Position numbers and translations under genes: made by a program. Below are positions 60,858-64,000 of a stretch of 64,000 nucleotides of DNA, in pieces. How positions within the stretch are numbered: the first letter of the stretch is position 1; the number at the start of each line of letters is the position of its first letter. The notes below the pieces were generated by a model. The model was not told the origin of the DNA and searched no databases. It worked only from the letters and a program-made list of their open reading frames with translations. This DNA comes from an uncultured Acidimicrobiales bacterium (GTDB lineage: Bacteria > Actinomycetota > Acidimicrobiia > Acidimicrobiales > RAAP-2), in the NCBI GenBank assembly GCA_963696495.1, contig CAVOKJ010000001.1:155467-219466 (forward strand), written 5' to 3'.

Positions 60858-61074
60858 TTGCGCCTACCGGCGTCGAGTCACCTCAAAGTGCCGGTCGGTC
60901 GCAGTTCCCGTCGGCAAGTAAGCGTCAACAGATGACGCGTTCTAGCCGGCGATCGGGGGCGCAACGCTTGGCCAAACGTGACGAAGGGTCGAGGCGCGCG
61001 AGTGCGATACCCTCACGAGGAAAACGGCTCCGCCAAACAGGTGGATGCGCAACCGGTCAGGCTTGGAGGCATCC

Positions 61075-61281
61075 ATGGGACAGAAGACGATTCTTACTCG
61101 ACTTGGCTCGATGAGCACGACTGAGAAGCGAGAGCTTTATCTCAAGTTCGCCGAGAGCGAACTCCAGGCGTCGATGCGGCGGTCATGGGCAGGTGGCCAG
61201 ACGGCGCATGCTGCTCGGGCGAATGCTGCTGCGACGTTGGCCCTGGCATTCACTCAGGAGGTACGAGCGCCAGCCCGCTGA
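61075..61281 (+). CDS. Hypothetical small protein (68 aa)
   Basis: GGAGG lies 6 nt upstream of ATG 61075. No family recognised. Confidence 0.35.
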   Translation: MGQKTILTRLGSMSTTEKRELYLKFAESELQASMRRSWAGGQTAHAARANAAATLALAFTQEVRAPAR

Positions 61282-61527
61282 GCCGCCATCGGCCGGCCGA
61301 TAACCGACCCGCTCCCGGTTGGTATGGGGCTGTCGTGGCGGCCAACCGGAGGGGCAAGGGAGAGATGGACCGGCGTGTTACCGTTCCGATGAACGAATTC
61401 AATCGATAGGAGGTGAGCCCTGTGAATGCAGCATCGAAAGTGGGCGCTCTCGCCCGTCGGGGATCGAGCGACTGAGATAGTCGGCCCCAGGGAGCGTCCA
61501 TCATGCATCTCGTGAAAGGCGACTTCC

Positions 61528-62529
61528 TTGAATACATCACCTCTTCCGGCTTCGTTTTCTCCTTCCACTAGGACCTTCCGCTGGCCACGGTCTGAGCAGG
61601 ATCAATCCCAGATCGACGGCACGGAGCAGAACCGCGCTGAACACAGGCGCGCCTTGGTCCTTCACGGTGGTGGGTCCGCGGGGAATGCGTGGGAGATCGG
61701 CGTCATCGCCGGCCTGTCCAACGCAGGTGTGGACGTAACCGAAGCTGATCTGATCATCGGGACGTCGGCTGGAGCGACGGCGACCGCCCAGGTCACAAGC
61801 GCTTCTCCGACCGAACTGCTTACTGCCATCCTCGATGCTGCATCCCCGCACCAGGGCCTTCCGGACGGTCCGAGTGGCGGGCAGCCTCCCGTTGGACCCG
61901 TCATCGACCACATGGAGAGAACGAACCGAATCATCGCCGCCGCTAAGGACGCCGCAGACATGCGTCGAAGGATGGGTGCGGCTGCGCTCGAAATGGATGC
62001 AGCCTCAGATGGATCCGGACAAGCGCGGTGGCGTGCCACCGTCGCTGCCAGGCTTCCCAGTAACCGATGGCCTGAACGAGCGATCCTCATCACGGCGGTC
62101 GACGCGCGCACGGGTGAGCCGGTTGTCTTCGATCGCCACAGCGGGGTCGATCTAGTTGATGCCGTCGCCTCCAGTACTGCCAACGGCTTTGGTGTCCCTC
62201 CTTTCGGCATTGGCAACGACCGATTCATCGACGGCGGATACCGGCGCAACGAGAATGCCGATCTGGCCGTCGGATGTGAGCGGGTACTCGTCCTGTCGCC
62301 GTTCGGCGGCAGGACGCGGCATCCGGAAGAGTGGCACATGCAGCTTGCCGCTCAAGTCGATGAGCTCCGCTCCAGCGGCAGCACCGTTGAGACGGTCTTT
62401 CCCGATAGCAAATCTCGCCAGGCGTTCGGTTCCAACATGATGGACCCCTCGAGGCGCCGACCCTCCGCCTTGACCGGTTACGAGCAGGGGATGGCTCACG
62501 GCGAGCGGCTCACCGAGTTCTGGCGCTGA
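61528..62529 (+). CDS. Patatin-like phospholipase (start problematic)
   Basis: LVLHGGGSAGNAWEIG (oxyanion GGGxxG), IIGTSAGA (GxSxG) and IDGGY (catalytic Asp). The only in-frame starts are TTG 61528 and TTG 61654. Confidence 0.75.
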   Translation: MNTSPLPASFSPSTRTFRWPRSEQDQSQIDGTEQNRAEHRRALVLHGGGSAGNAWEIGVIAGLSNAGVDVTEADLIIGTSAGATATAQVTSASPTELLTAILDAASPHQGLPDGPSGGQPPVGPVIDHMERTNRIIAAAKDAADMRRRMGAAALEMDAASDGSGQARWRATVAARLPSNRWPERAILITAVDARTGEPVVFDRHSGVDLVDAVASSTANGFGVPPFGIGNDRFIDGGYRRNENADLAVGCERVLVLSPFGGRTRHPEEWHMQLAAQVDELRSSGSTVETVFPDSKSRQAFGSNMMDPSRRRPSALTGYEQGMAHGERLTEFWR

Positions 62530-62858
62530 CGGAGGCAACATTGCCCAAAAGTGCTGTTGAGAGCACAGCCGATTAGGGATACCCACGTGCGGCACTCTGT
62601 TCTCGTCCGGATCTCGGCACGACGGCCTCGAAGTGGTCAATCGGGAGCGCGAGACATAGCTCAACTTCGGGAGAGTGAGCTCCTCGCCCTGGATCACGAC
62701 CTCAGCGGCTGAGGACCTGCAGGGCTCGGAGCAATCAGCCTCATTGGCCGATGTCCATCGCGGGGGCAAGGCAGCAAAACGAAGCTGCTCCTTATCGTCG
62801 AAATGTTTGAATGTAGCGCCGGTTGGACGAGTGCTCTAGCAGCCGACCCGGTGGTGCC

Positions 62859-63362
62859 TCAGGCCGGTGGGCGCTGCGTTGCTCCTCGAGCAGCGGTCTC
62901 GATTGCCAGGATGTCTATCTTCGTCATCGTCATCATCGCGTCCATGGCCTGCTTCGCAGCGGCCTCGTCCGAACTGTTCATCGCCTCCAGCAATGCGCGC
63001 GGTGTGATCTGCCAGGAGAAGCCCCACCGGTCTCTACACCAACCGCACGCGCTCTCCTCCCCACCGTTGTCGACGATCGCGTTCCAATATCGGTCCGTCT
63101 CGGCCTGGTCGTCGGTCAGCACCATGAGGCTGACGGCCTCGTTTGGGACAAAGTTCGGTCCACCGTTGAGACCCACGAAGGATCGGCCGAGCACTGTGAA
63201 TTCGACCGTAAGCTCGTTCCGAGCCGATCCGCCGGGGTAGTCCGATGGAGCTATATGGATTGCGTCAACGTGGCTGTCCGGAAAAGTCATCGCATAGAAG
63301 TCTGCTGCCTTGCGGGCCTCACCGTGATCGAACCACAAGCATGTTGTCAGTTTGTCGGACAT
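62859..63362 (-). CDS. VOC/glyoxalase-fold protein of the PhnB / 3-demethylubiquinone-9 3-methyltransferase-domain type
   Basis: ATG 63362 is preceded by GGAGGA. TTCLWFDHGEARKAADFYAMTFPDS...GGPNFVPNEAVSLMV...CGWCRDRWGFSWQI is characteristic. Confidence 0.8.
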   Translation of the reverse strand: MSDKLTTCLWFDHGEARKAADFYAMTFPDSHVDAIHIAPSDYPGGSARNELTVEFTVLGRSFVGLNGGPNFVPNEAVSLMVLTDDQAETDRYWNAIVDNGGEESACGWCRDRWGFSWQITPRALLEAMNSSDEAAAKQAMDAMMTMTKIDILAIETAARGATQRPPA

Positions 63363-63507
63363 CCACATCCTCCACCCTCTTGACGACGACGACGGCACTA
63401 CACCTATCGACAGGGCTAGCGTAGGGTCAGAATTGAAGTGTCCCGGGGTGTGGGGTGTCGAATGACGCCGCACCACGTGATCTCGACGTAGGCGATGGGG
63501 AGCGATT

Positions 63508-64000
63508 GTGAATGACGCCGGACGAAAAAGTGCGCTGATCCGGCGGCCAAGAGTGGCCGTATTGGTCGTGGCGATGACCGTAATCGTGGCCGCTTTCGGG
63601 GTCTTCCTGACGAGACAGGCAGCCCAGGCTGCGGCGCCCGAGCGGATCGATGGCCAGCCGGTCACGACCCTCAACCTGACCATGCCCCACGCCTACAAGC
63701 CGGTGTTCACCAACGGCAGCACCGACGACTACCACTGCATCCTGTTGAACCCCCACGTGACCAAGAACTCCTACGTCGTGGCATCGGAGTTCCACCCCGG
63801 TTCGGGGCCGTCCAGCGTCGAGGTGCACCACGCCATCCTTTTCCTCGTCCCGCCGGACGAGGTGGCGACGGCGGAGGCAAACAATCCGGGTGACAAGGGC
63901 TGGAGCTGCTTCGGCGAGTCCCCCATCGATGGGAACAGTTTGGCCGGACTGGGGAGCTTCCCGTGGCTCAGCGCCTGGGCTCCCGGCGCCGGGGTCGACA
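63508..64000 (+). CDS. Membrane-anchored/secreted copper type II monooxygenase-like protein (PHM/DBH N-domain-like), 3' end outside the window
   Basis: My own translation, since this open frame is not in the supplied track: VNDAGRKSALIRRPRVAVLVVAMTVIVAAFGVFL (signal anchor), then DDYHCILLNPHV...VEVHHAILFLV, which resembles the CuH-site region (Y-x-C...HH-x-L-F) of peptidylglycine monooxygenase. Confidence 0.55.
   Translation, partial: MNDAGRKSALIRRPRVAVLVVAMTVIVAAFGVFLTRQAAQAAAPERIDGQPVTTLNLTMPHAYKPVFTNGSTDDYHCILLNPHVTKNSYVVASEFHPGSGPSSVEVHHAILFLVPPDEVATAEANNPGDKGWSCFGESPIDGNSLAGLGSFPWLSAWAPGAGVD

Larger units (their letters stand above)
58965..64000. other. Compositionally atypical (visibly lower GC, loosely packed) accessory segment beginning at the 3' end of tRNA-Arg; right boundary not determined
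   Basis: GC and third-position GC drop abruptly after nt 58964. Non-coding stretches are long (58965-59817, 60796-61527, 62530-62858), unlike the rest of the window. No integrase was recognised. Confidence 0.5.

Noticed and set aside
61528-62529. The patatin-like phospholipase as a CBASS (CapV-type) or other anti-phage effector.
   Set aside because: No CD-NTase/cyclase, SAVED, STING or other sensor gene is adjacent. Its neighbours are a lipid kinase, small ORFs and a VOC protein. Context does not support a defence operon.
63449-63475. Candidate attR: TGTGGGGTGTCGAATGACGCCGCACCA resembles the tRNA-Arg 3' end (GGGGGTTCGAATCCCTCCGAGCGCACCA) near the apparent end of the low-GC region.
   Set aside because: Only TCGAAT and CGCACCA match, and a 4-nt gap is required. 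The following gene still shows reduced GC3, so the island boundary is probably further downstream. The similarity is compatible with chance.

Overview
High-GC (about 70% by eye) chromosomal DNA with actinobacterial gene content and synteny: dnaJ-hspR-clpB, a tRNA Glu-Asp-Phe cluster, clpS-DUF2017, ctaA/ctaB, senX3-regX3-like genes and F420-type LLM oxidoreductases. The proteins diverge from classical Actinomycetales, so Acidimicrobiia is a guess only. Genes are tightly packed, with many 1-8 nt start/stop overlaps.

Main blocks:
- Heat-shock operon, 1-3672.
- Near-complete purine locus, 5930-19754: purA-D-B-C-S-Q, purL, purF-M and an appended pyrE. purL carries an apparent 1-nt frameshift.
- PadR, an LLM oxidoreductase and a divergent pair of ANTAR RNA-binding regulators, 19865-24350.
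- Three tRNAs, then clpS, heme A/O synthesis, a TlpA-like protein, an ABC-2 transporter and serS.
- A senX3/regX3-like two-component system.
- A five-gene type IV secretion-like module, 33863-40410.
- P450, LLM oxidoreductase, amidase, ppgK and a CHAD protein.
- A long minus-strand CoA-dependent catabolic operon, 47742-54113. It is divergent from a 1344-aa SARP-family regulator across a tandem-repeat promoter.
- tRNA-Arg(ACG), followed by a visibly lower-GC accessory segment, 58965 to the window end.

The best candidate for an undescribed system is the T4SS-like module. It has a pilin-like protein, a VirB6/TrbL-like protein, a split VirB4 and a VirD4. It shows native composition and sits among housekeeping genes, with no relaxase, integrase, cell-wall hydrolase or att site in view.

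I recognised no rRNA, CRISPR array, transposase or integrase. All calls rest on reading motifs in the translations; no database search was run.
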